The position numbers and the translations under genes were made by a program. From Eutreptiella sp. 'Long Island Sound 2002' (Eukaryota; Protista; Euglenida), in assembly GCA_964036045.1 (NCBI GenBank), contig OZ038378.1:15810001-15874000 (forward strand): a stretch of 64,000 nt of DNA, read 5' to 3'. The notes beneath the pieces were generated by a model. That model saw only the letters and a program-made list of their open reading frames with translations. It was not told the origin of the DNA and did no database searches. Shown here one piece after another: positions 13,080 to 23,319 of this stretch (its first letter is position 1; every line of letters starts with the position of its first letter).

Positions 13080-13620
13080 GCTCTGCGTTCCTGGGGCAGG
13101 ACGGGCGCCGGCTCCTCACCTTGCCCGTAGATGTCTCCGGGCCGGCATAGCCAACAGCACCGACACTTTGCCGAGGGGTTCACCAAGTTCGGGGGATGCA
13201 GCTATTCCTGGATCAATTTCCCCCTGCGCATGAGAACCATGGTGTCTTGTAGCACTACGCCGTGGGGCACAAGCTAGGGGCTGCCGAGGTTCGGGCTGTG
13301 CTGGGCTAGGGCGTGGGACGCGGCGTTCATGGCGGGTACGGCGCCAAACGTTGAGGCGCTGTGCTTTGAGGGAGTGCACAGCACATCAAGCTCGGCGGTG
13401 GCTAGGCAGGGGGCCAGAGCCCGGAACACTAGGGCCCTTGGCATGTACTCCGGAGGCCCGTGTGTCGAGCCGGCGAAAGTGGTGCCTGCGGCGTCCAATA
13501 TGCGTGGCCAAGATATCCTGGTGGGCGCTGGCGATGGGGAAAATCGCGGCTTCGGTCTCAGCCGCGGCACCCGCCGTAAATAGGTTGTCTATGGCGGTTC
13601 GAGGTGTCGATCACACCCCG
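13080..13620. mobile_element. GC-rich insert, probably a LINE-derived fragment
   Basis: Abrupt compositional change between array and CA-repeat; no family motif identified. Confidence 0.2.
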
Positions 13621-13643
13621 TTTCGTGTAGTGTGTGACGTACT

Positions 13644-13831
13644 TTATAGGCCAAGCAATATCCTCAAAACTTTGCACAAGGACCACAAAAGTCCAACGTT
13701 GGAACCAGGCAGTGATGCACCCACATGCAAGCACACACACACAGACACACAGACACTTGCAAGCAAAGGTGTGCCCATCCACGTACACAGACACACGCAT
13801 GCACACGTGCACGTGCACAGGCATGCACGTG

Positions 13832-13870
<39 letters not shown>

Positions 13871-14050
13871 ACACCGAAAAACACACCATGCCACGACATA
13901 TTGTGCCATGCTACACCATCACACCTTGTAAAGTAGGATACGATGGCAACACATGTATACCACACGTAAAATTCGATGGATCACAAAAGATGCATTTTAA
14001 AAACACAACCTCACCAAAGCAACACACCACACTAGCAAAAACAAATCACA
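13644..14050. repeat. Dispersed repeat with internal (CA)n tracts, copy 2
   Basis: Homologous to 8636-9140. Confidence 0.85.
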
Positions 14051-14856
14051 CATGGCTATGATGCTTCGACCGAGCATCCAAACTGAAAAAGTCCAAACGA
14101 GGTATGCACGATAAATTTCGGACGGAGTTGTTGATGGGCATGTGTAGAAGAAGGCTTGCGTAGCGGATGTGACCGCACCCTCTTGCTGTCTTCCCCACGG
14201 GCCTTAGACCATCAAACGGCTCCAAATGGTGCAGCATAGGACCGCCTCAACGTTCTAGGCTGCAACATCTGCCACTCGTGGTTTTCGGGAGCTTCGGAAA
14301 TTTCTTTTGGATTCGTCATGATACGGGAGAAATAGTCCCACCAAGATGGATGGGAAGGGGTTCACACTTGGAATAATTTAGTGGATATCCCTTTGCTTTC
14401 AAATGGAGAGTGTCTACATAGGTGGCAAATATGTAGTTGGAGGTCCAAGGCCGCAAATGTGGGCCCAAAGGACATTATTGGCTATTTAGGCACCTTTCTT
14501 TCCTCCCTAGTTTCGTAATCTTGAAGGCCACAGGGTTTATGCATGCATTTTGCTCAACTTTGGGCTGCAAAGCTGGCACGGGTTATGTAGTCACTTTGAC
14601 TTCACCCCCGTGTTTGGGACCCCAAGAGGTTGGCAGTCACTCTGGCCGTTTCGCCCAAGTGTGGGTCCCATAGCTGGCAGGGGTGTTTGCAGCCAGTTTG
14701 GTTTTGTTCACGGGGGGCTAGCCGGGACTGGACCCTTTATGCCGGACCCCCCCCCCCCCCCCCTCTTGAGTTGGCTGGAAAGTGCCGGACCATGGGCGCC
14801 GAAGGCGCCCTACGCAAAACTGAACTGCATATTGCCAAAGAAAACACTCTACTTAC

Positions 14857-15007
14857 TTTCTTCTTTTTTGAGAGAGACATAGTCAATTTCCTCTTTATCG
14901 CTTTGGAAGTCCAAGGCGACCGCCACTTCGTCGGCCGAGCCCTCAATCACTGGTGTACGCCGAGAGGCACGGGGGGTTGTGACTTCCTCTGAGGTGCTCC
15001 TCAAAAC
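14857..15007 (-). other. Putative 151-bp exon-like insert (VLRSTSEEVTTPRASRRTPVIEGSADEVAVALDFQSDKEEIDYVSLKKEE)
   Basis: Minus strand: pyrimidine tract ...ccctctactacAG, 50 stop-free codons plus 1 nt, then GTAAGT. Absent from the duplicate at about 18245-18255. Confidence 0.4.
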
Positions 15008-15162
15008 CTGTAGTAGAGGGTAGTAGAGGGTGAAAAAATGGGTTTTCACCTCATCGGTCTATACTCAAAGTACTTAGTTTCTTCAGGAGAACCCAACAAT
15101 GGATGAAAACCAAATTGGACCAAATATGAATACCACCCCTTTGCTACAGGTATGTGAGGGAT

Positions 15163-15234
15163 GGCCCATACCCTAGTGGGTAAAGCAGTGGCTCTGCGAC
15201 TGGAAGGTCCTCGGGTCGAACTCCAGTGGGGGCA
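15163..15234 (+). mobile_element. Degenerate tRNA-derived (SINE-type) head, Arg-like anticodon loop
   Basis: GGCCCA-TA-CCCTAGTGGGTAAAGC (A-box/D-arm like), CTGCGAC loop, GGTCGAACTCC (B-box/T-loop like), 3' TGGGGGCA partly pairing with the 5' end. Anticodon stem broken, so not a functional tRNA. Confidence 0.6.
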
Positions 15235-17379
15235 GTCTACAGGACTCTAGGCAGGATCAAGGATGCCATGGGAAACTTTTTATTTTGTGCTTTGATTTTG
15301 TCCCCTTTGTTGGGGATCCCCGAGACAGCAGGGATGACGTAGCATTTCCGCCCTCTTTTGGGCCCGCTTTGAGTTGTTCCCTTTCTTGGGGACCCCCGAG
15401 AATGCAGGGGTGATGTAGCATTCCCGCCCTCTTTTGGGCCCGTTTTCATTTGTCCCCTTTGTTGGGGATCCCCGAGAATGCAGGGCTAATGTAGCATTTC
15501 CGCCCACTTTTGGGGCCAACGAAGGCAGGGTTGCGGCGGCCAATTCTGATTTTGTCCCCTTTCCACTTTTGAAACTCCCCCCCCTCCCTCCTCCAAAGGC
15601 TTTCGAAACATACATGAACACCTCCTTCACAATATGCATGGTCCGGCCTGGGTCGGGCCTGGGTCGGGCGCCGCTGGCAACAGCGGCCGGGAATTGACTC
15701 GGGGGCTACGCCTTTAAACACAAGTACCACCTTCCATCCCCCCCCCCCCCGTTGCAATATTTGTGGTAAACATGCATACCGCAAAAATCTGTAGCGCGAT
15801 GAGGTGGTCATTTTAAGCTATATGTGTTGGGGTCCGGGTGCCCCCCTCCCCTTCATCTGCCCGCCCCCCCTTCGAACCCCCCCCGACCCGCCCCCCCTCC
15901 CCCCACCCCCCGCCCTGAAATTGGTTGGAAACAGTTGGAAAGTGCATGGGGGTTGGCTTATGGCCCGATGGTACGCCCCCCCCCCCCCCCTTTGTTCCCG
16001 TCCGGGGGTTCGACAAGATGACATGGTTACCTTATGCACCTGCATTTCATCCACATATTGGACAACCGAAACATTGCTTGTTATATAGCCATTTTGCCCA
16101 CACGTGGGTCACGGAACCTCACGAAAGCATCGCTGATGGAGCCACTTCTGATTTTGACCCCTTTTTCTCGGGACCCCCGAGAATGAAGGGGTTATGCAGC
16201 TATTCCGCCCACGTCGGGGCCCCGAGACGGCAATTCTCGTTTAGCCATTTCTGGCCCGGGCCCCTTTTTAGTGGACCTTTGAGAACACAGACGATACGGA
16301 GAACCACCGCCCAATGCCAGGCCCCCGAGGAGGTCGGGGTGTGTAGCCCCTTGTCATTTTTACTCCCTTCTAGGGGACCCCCGAGAACGCAAGGGTTAGG
16401 TCGCAATTCGGCCCCGGTTTGGGCCCCCGAGAAGGCACCGGTGATGGAGCCACGTCTAATTTTCACCCCTTTCCCGGGGGCACCCAACATTACTGTGGTT
16501 AACGATCAATACTGCCCACTGCCCCCCCCCCCCCCAAGAAGGCAGGGCTACTGTAGCCACTTGTGATTTGGTTTGCGTTTCCGGGGACTCGCGAGAAACA
16601 CAAGGTTTTACTTAGCAATTTGGCCTCCTTTCGCGCTCCCTGGGAAGGCAGTGGTGAGGTAGCCATTTTTGATATTGTTCTTTTTTTCCGCATCCTCGAG
16701 AACTGGGTAGTCGCGCAGCAATAATGCCCACCTCCGGGCCCCTCAGAAGGTAGGGATGAACTAGGCACTTGTGATTGTGCCCACTTTTTTCGGCACGTTC
16801 AGAAACACAATGGTCCGACGACAATACTGTGCACTGCTGGGCCCCCTGAGAAGGCACCGGCGATGTAGCCCCTTATGATTTTGTCCCCTTCTCTAGGGAG
16901 GCCCGAGAAGCGCAGGGGCTAAGCAACAATTCGGCCCACCTTTCAGCCCCCGAGAAGGCATGATGTACTCATTTCTCATTTTCTCCCCATTTCGGAAGAT
17001 CCTTGTGAACACAGCAGGTATGTAGCAATACCGCTTGGTTTCGGGTTCCCCGTAAGATAGCGGTTTTGCAACCACTTATCATTGTTTTCCCCCTTTCTAT
17101 GCACTCTTAAGGACACATTGCTTAAACAGCAATAACTTGCACTGCCGGGTGCCAGGAGAAGGCGCCGGCGATGTCGCCAGTTCTGTTTTTGTCCCCATTT
17201 CTGGGTTCTCCCAACATTGCAGACATTACGCCGCAATAATGCCCATCTTTGGGCTCCCAAGAGGGCAAGGTCAACCACTGATTTGTTCCCCTGTTCTAAG
17301 GACCCCCAAGAACGCAGCGCTTGCGTAGCAGTTCCTCCCAATTAGGGGCCCCCGAGAAAGCAAGGCTGATTTAGCCAAT

Positions 17380-17817
17380 TGCTGCCAGCCCCTCACATTC
17401 CCCGTAGAGGGCTCGCGGTCAACGCAAATGACAGCACCGACGGTGTGCCGAGCGGTGTCTCGGGGGGGGGGGGGGGGTTGCAGCCATTCCTCCGCCCCAC
17501 CCCTCCCGGGGTTCGTATGTGCCCTCCTTCTCATGCTCCCTCCGTTTCTTGGCCCACGCGTCCATGCGAGCACGGGTCGGGACTTCGTTCATTGCTCGCA
17601 GTTAGAGTATTCGCGTGTCTAGTAGATATTCATGTGTGCTGGCTGCTACCTGAGCTTGCGGGATTGGTAGCAGCGTTTGAAGACGATCCCAAAGGGTCCA
17701 CCAGGGCTCTACTTTGGCTCGCGTAGGTCGCCCACATAACCGCGCGGTGTTACCCACATGTCTACGTTCCCCAGGCCCATGCAGCAGTGCGGATTCTAGC
17801 CCAAGCTGTTTAGGACA
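17380..17817 (-). mobile_element. GC-rich LINE-like 3' end fragment inserted in the array
   Basis: Same sequence as 20546-20808, which continues into the longer LINE-like remnant. Confidence 0.4.
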
Positions 17818-17825
17818 CACTTGTC

Positions 17826-20808
17826 TTGCTTTCAAATGGAGAGTATCTACATAGGTGGCAAATATGTAGTTGGAGGTCCAAGGCCGCAGATGTGGGCCCA
17901 AAGAACATTATTGGCTATTTAGGCACTTTTCTTTCCTCCCTAGTTTCGTAATCTTGAAGGCCACAGGGTTTAGGCATGCATTATGCTCAACTTTGGGCTG
18001 CAAAGCTGGCACGGGTTATGTAGTCACTTTGACTTCACCCCCGTGTTTGGGACCCCAAGAGGTTGGCAGTCATTTGGCCGTTTCGCCCAAGTGTGGGTCC
18101 CATAGCTGGCAGGGGTGTTTGTAGCCAGTTTGGTTTTGTTCACGGGGGGCTAGCCGGGACTGGACCCTTTATGCCGGACCCCCCCCCCCCCCCTCTTGAG
18201 TTGGCTGGAAAGTGCCGGACCATGGGCGCCGAAGGCGCACTAAGGAAAATTTGCTTGTAGTAGAGGGTAGTAGAGGGTGAAAAAATGGGTTTTCACCCCA
18301 TGTGTCTATACTCAAAGTACCCAGTTTCTTCAGGAGAACCCAACAATGGATGAAAACCAAATTGGACCAAATATGAATACCACCCCTTTCCTAGAGGTAT
18401 GTCAGGGATGGCCCATACCCTAGTGGGTAAAGCAGTGCCTCTGCGATTCGAAGGTCCTGGGGTCCATCTCTAGTGGAGGCAGTCTACAAGACTCTAGGCA
18501 GGATCAAGGACGCCATGGGAAACTTTTTTCTTGGGCTTTGATTTTGTCCCCTTTGTTGGGGATCCCCGAGACAGCAGGGGTGACGTAGCATTTCCGCCCT
18601 CTTTTGTGCCCGATTTGAGTTGTTTTCTTTTTTGGGGACCCCGGACAATGCAGGCATGATGTAGCATTCCCTCCCTCTATTGGGCCCGCTTTCATTTGTC
18701 CCCTTTGTTGGGTATCCCCGAGAATGCAGGGGTGATGTAGCATTTCTGCCCACTTTTGGGGCCAAGGAAGGCAGCGCTTCGGCAGCCAATTCTGATTTTG
18801 TCCCCTTTCCACTTTTGAAAAAGCCCCCCCCCCCCCTCCTCCAAAGGCTTTCGAAACATACTTGAACACCTCCTTCACAATATGCATGGTTCGGCCTGGG
18901 TGGGGCGCCACTGGCAACAGTGGCCGGGAATTGACACAAGTACAAACACAAGTACCACCCACCATGCCCCCCCCCCCCCTGTTGCAATTTTTTTTTGCAA
19001 ACATACATACCGCAAAAATGTGTAGCGCGATGAGGTGGTCATTTTGAGCTATACATGTTGGGGTCCGGCTGCCCCCCTCCCCTTCAGCCCCCCCCCCCCC
19101 CCAACCCCCCCGACCCCCCCCCCCACCCCCCGCCCTCAACTCGGTTGGAAACAGTTGGAAAGTGGGAGAGGGTTGGCTTATGGCCCGATGGTACGCCCCC
19201 CCCCCCCTGGTTTTGTTCCCGTCCGGGGGTTGCACAAGATGACATGGTTACCTTATGCACCTGCATTTTATCCACATATTCGACAGGCGAAACATTGCTT
19301 GACACATAGCCATTTTGCCCACACGTGGGTCACGGAACCTCAGGAAAGCCTCGCTGATGGAGCCACTTCTGATTTTGTCCCCTTTTTCTCGGGACCCGCG
19401 AGAATGAAGGGGTTATGCAGCATTTCCGCCCACTTTGGGGCCCCCGAGACGGCCGTTTTCGTGTAGCCATTTCTGGCCTGGGCCCCTTTTCAGTGGACCT
19501 TTGAGAACACAAACAATACGGAGAACCACCGCCCAATGCCATACCCCCGAGGAGGTCGAGGTGTGTAGCCCCTTTTTCATTTTGTCTCCCTTCTAGGGGA
19601 TCCCCGAGAACGCAGAGGTTAGGTCGCAATTTGGCCCCGGTTTGGGCCCCCGAGAAGGCACCGGTGATGGAGCCACTTCTCATTTTCACCCCTTTTCCGG
19701 GGGCAGCCAACAACACCGTGGTTAACCAACAATACTGCCCACTGCCCCCCCCCACCCAGGAAGGCAGGGCTACTGTAGCCACTTCTGATTTTGGTTTGTG
19801 TTTCCGGGGACTCACGAGAAACACAAGGTTTTACTTAGCAATTTGGCCTCCTTTCGCGCTCCCCGGGAAGGCAGTGGTGAGGTAGCCATTTTTGATACTG
19901 TTCTTTTTTTCCGCATCCTCGAGAACTGGGTAATCGCGCAGCAATAATGCCCACCTCCGGGCGCCTCAGAAGGTAGGGATGAACTAGGCACTTGTGATTG
20001 TGCCCACTTTTTTCGGCACGTTCAGAAACACAATGGTCCGACGACAATACTGTGCACTGCTGGGCCCCCTGAGAAGGTACCGGCGATGTAGCCCCTTATG
20101 ATTTTGTCCCCTTCTCTAGGGAGGCCCGAGAAGCGCAGGGGCTAAGTAACAATTCGGCCCACCTTTCAGCCCCCGAGAAGGCATGATGTACTCATTTCTC
20201 ATTTTCTCCCCATTTCGGAAGATCCTTGTGAACACAGCAGGTATGTAGCAATACCGCTTGGTTTCGGGTTCCCCGTAAGATAGCGGTTTCGCAACCACTT
20301 ATCATTGTTTTCCCCTTTTCTACATAGGACTTTAGGACACATTGTGTAAACGGCAATACTGCCGGGCACTGCCGGCTGCCAGGAGAAGGCGCCGGCGACG
20401 TCGGCAGTTCCGTTTTTGTCCCCATTTCTGGGTTCTCCCCACATTGCGGACATTACGTCGCAATAATGCCCATCTTTGGGCTCCCAAGAGGGCAAGGTCA
20501 ACCACTGATTTTTTCCCCTGTTCTAAGGACCCTCAAGAAGGCAGCGCATGCTCCCTCCGTTTCTTGGCCCTTGCGTCCACACGAGCACGGGTCGGGATTT
20601 CGTTCATTGCTTCCAGGTACAGTAATCGTGTGTCCGGTTACCTGAGCTTGCGGGATTTGTAGCAGCGTTTGAAGACGATCCCAAATGGTCCACCGGGGCT
20701 CTACTGTGGCTCGCGTAGGTCGCCCACATAAGCGCGCGGTCTTACCCACATGTCTACGTTCCCCAGGCCCATGCAGCAGTGGGGATCCTAGCCCAAGCGG
20801 TGTAGGAC
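17826..20808. repeat. Tandem segmental duplication unit, copy III
   Basis: Collinear with 14394-17817; lacks the 14820-15008 insert and part of the distal array. Confidence 0.93.
18410..18481 (+). mobile_element. Degenerate tRNA-derived head, second copy
   Basis: Duplicate of 15163-15234 with T-arm CTGGGGTCCATCTCTAG. Confidence 0.55.
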
Positions 20809-23140
20809 ATTGGTCGTTGGGGATTAGGACAGGACTAGAGCTGGGCCGATCTCGCTGTTGGCCAGAGCCACCAGGTTGTGGACCCGGGTCACATGCAGAT
20901 AAGCCCCGGACACAACAGATACCTCGCCGTTGGTGTCTTCCCGTATTGTGGGGTTGAGGGGGTACAACAGGGGTCCACGGGGTGAGGGAGTACCCCAAGA
21001 GCTAGCCAAGCAGGGTCGCCTGCCAGCAGGCGTGTGCCGTCCACGACCCGGAAGACCTCGGTGCTCCTCGCACACAGGGCGCCTACCTCCGCTGTCCGCC
21101 AGGTAGCCCAAGACTATTGCAGGACGCCGCAGAGGTAGGGGGCGCACTCCCACGCCTCATGGTACCGCAAGTCGTGGAACGCGAGGCCACATAGGGGGCA
21201 GAACACCATACAAAACTCTGTGTGGTAGGCTTCTCAGGTGTGGAGCCTATAGCGCCCACGCCTCCTGTCCAGTGTGGGCACAACCCTGCGCTGGATCAGG
21301 GTTTCTAAAGCCTCGCTGACCGGGCTTGCACAGCGGTCCGGTATTGGTTTCGCAGTTGACTTGTGGTGGCGGACTCGTAGTTGCGGTCGAGGGTGGCCGA
21401 GGGGTGAAGGATCAAGTGAAGGAGAGGCCTGAGGCTAGGACCGTGTCGGTTTAGGTCATGCAGTGTGCCCGGGAAGCAGGGAATGTGGGCAGCGGTCAAG
21501 GCGTGGCACAGTCGGATGCCTGTGATTAAGAAGAGATGGCTGGCTAGGGGCTTCGGTGGCGGGTGCAAAATTTTTGCTTCCCAGAGGCGTGGTTGTCCAC
21601 TGACGCCGCACAATGGCCCACCAACGTGGATGTGCTGGTGCACTTGGGTGGTTGGCGTTAGGGAGTCCCCCGCGTGGGGTGGCCCGCCGGGTCGGTACCC
21701 AGCTGGTCTATGTATGGAGGTGGGGCGGCAACGGCGTGTGCAGCATTTTGCCAAAATAGGATGAGGTCGTTCGTGTGCCTGTGTGGGGAGGAGGATGTTC
21801 ACGACGCCGCGACTGGCCGTCACCCCCGGGATTGTGTGAAGCCGGGTTCGGAGGGGAAAGAGGGTTGGGAGGGGTGTGTGCAGGGGCACGTGGCGGGCCA
21901 GGCGGGTACAGACTGAGGCCGGGAGAGGTGGTTGGTGCTATAGGAGTTGGGGGGGGTTGTAAGCGACAAGGTAGGGATGCAGATGAAGACCTCTCCGCAA
22001 CTGTATCTGCGCTGCTAGAGAACTAGCTAAATGGCCAGAGGAGTAGCTGAATGGAGGGTGCCACAATGCCCACACCCCATCGGGATTTCGGCGGTCACTA
22101 ACTGGTTTTAGGCAGCGAGGATGAGGGGGACGTCGGACCAAGAGGATCGGGTGTATAAGGCGCACACCGCCTGGGTGACTTTTTTATGATGTTTAGCTTG
22201 GGGTCGAGGGGGACGACCTAGAGCAGAGAGGGTCACCGGCGCCTCGATGTGTCCCACGGCATGCCGCGTGCAAATTTGACCACACTCTTGTCGGCTGTCA
22301 TCCACTCTCTCTTTGACCTCTGTGGAGCGGGGCATCGGCTCGGGGGACTATGCAGCCGCATGGGGCTGCGCATGCTCGTGGGCGCGGACGTCTGCTGCTG
22401 CGTGGTCTTCTTCTCTTTGTTGCACTTGGGCGGCGTACTGAGGTGGCACTTGCCCCATTGTCCACCGCAGTGCTGGGTTGGCGCTACGACGGGGGTTTGG
22501 TGAGGGCTTGAAGGGGCGCATGGACGAATGTCTCGTTGGTCCCCGGTGATGGCCACGCGAGCTTCCATCTTCCCGCGAGCCACGGCGTAGTTGCGCATGA
22601 AGATCTCGCTGCACCTGAACAGTGTCACGGCCGCAAAGCCAAAGCCGCGTCGGTGATCCTCGTGGTGTCGTACGCAGGGAGTGCTACGGCATGCGACATT
22701 ACCGAGGACAGCTCCGTGGGGTCCACACGGCCGAGGTGACCGCTAAAGTGACAGTATGGAAGGCCTGGATGGCAGATGTGGGCTGCGCCCGGGGGAGGGT
22801 CGGATGGGGTTGCGTTGTGGCCAACTGGGGAGCGTACAGGAAGGATACACAAGGCGGCATGTGAGAGGGCGGCGCGGCCGTTGGTCCCTTCTCGTATACA
22901 ACGAACCAGGCCGAGGCTTCCTAGCTATGATGGCTTTGGTTTGCCGCCAGCGCCCGCTTCAAGCTGGCCACTACCGACCGGAGTCCGTTGGCGAGCGTGA
23001 GCCGCGCCCGCACAGTGTTGCGCACGGCCACTAAGGTCGTGGACTTCGTCATAATTCGATGGCGGCGTTCCGCCACGCACTGAAATCCTGTCGCTCCGCG
23101 ATCAGCAGCAGCGTTTGCATCTCGTGCATTGTGTGTGCGG
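20546..23140 (-). mobile_element. Degenerate non-LTR retrotransposon 3' half (post-RT, RNase H-like and Cys/His region)
   Basis: Broken GC-rich frames: VVASLKRALAA (thumb-like), ADKSVVKFARGMP (resembles the RNase H-like segment at 34390), HQHIHVGGPLCG. No intact ORF. Confidence 0.4.
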
Positions 23141-23319
23141 CTGATTTCGGGGGTCCCACCATGTATCATATAGCTAAGGATGTACGTCCCAGTTCGGGAT
23201 GTCGGCACATGTGACATGGTCCTAATGGAAAGGTTACGTATTCTTGTATCCCTCCGCAAATATTTTCAGGTTGTGGTCATGTGGTGGACATGTGTTTTAA
23301 GTCGGTATGATCGTACCTT

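Larger units (their letters stand above)
14394..17817. repeat. Tandem segmental duplication unit, copy II (composite array + tRNA-like head + LINE 3' end)
   Basis: Collinear with 17826-20808 from cttgctttcaaatgg to ctagcccaagc..taggacac; paired ORFs 14437/17870 and 16893/20116. Confidence 0.93.

Noticed and set aside
15163-15234. Functional tRNA-Arg gene
   Set aside because: D-stem and anticodon stem do not pair and the T-loop is mutated; treated as a tRNA-derived repeat head.
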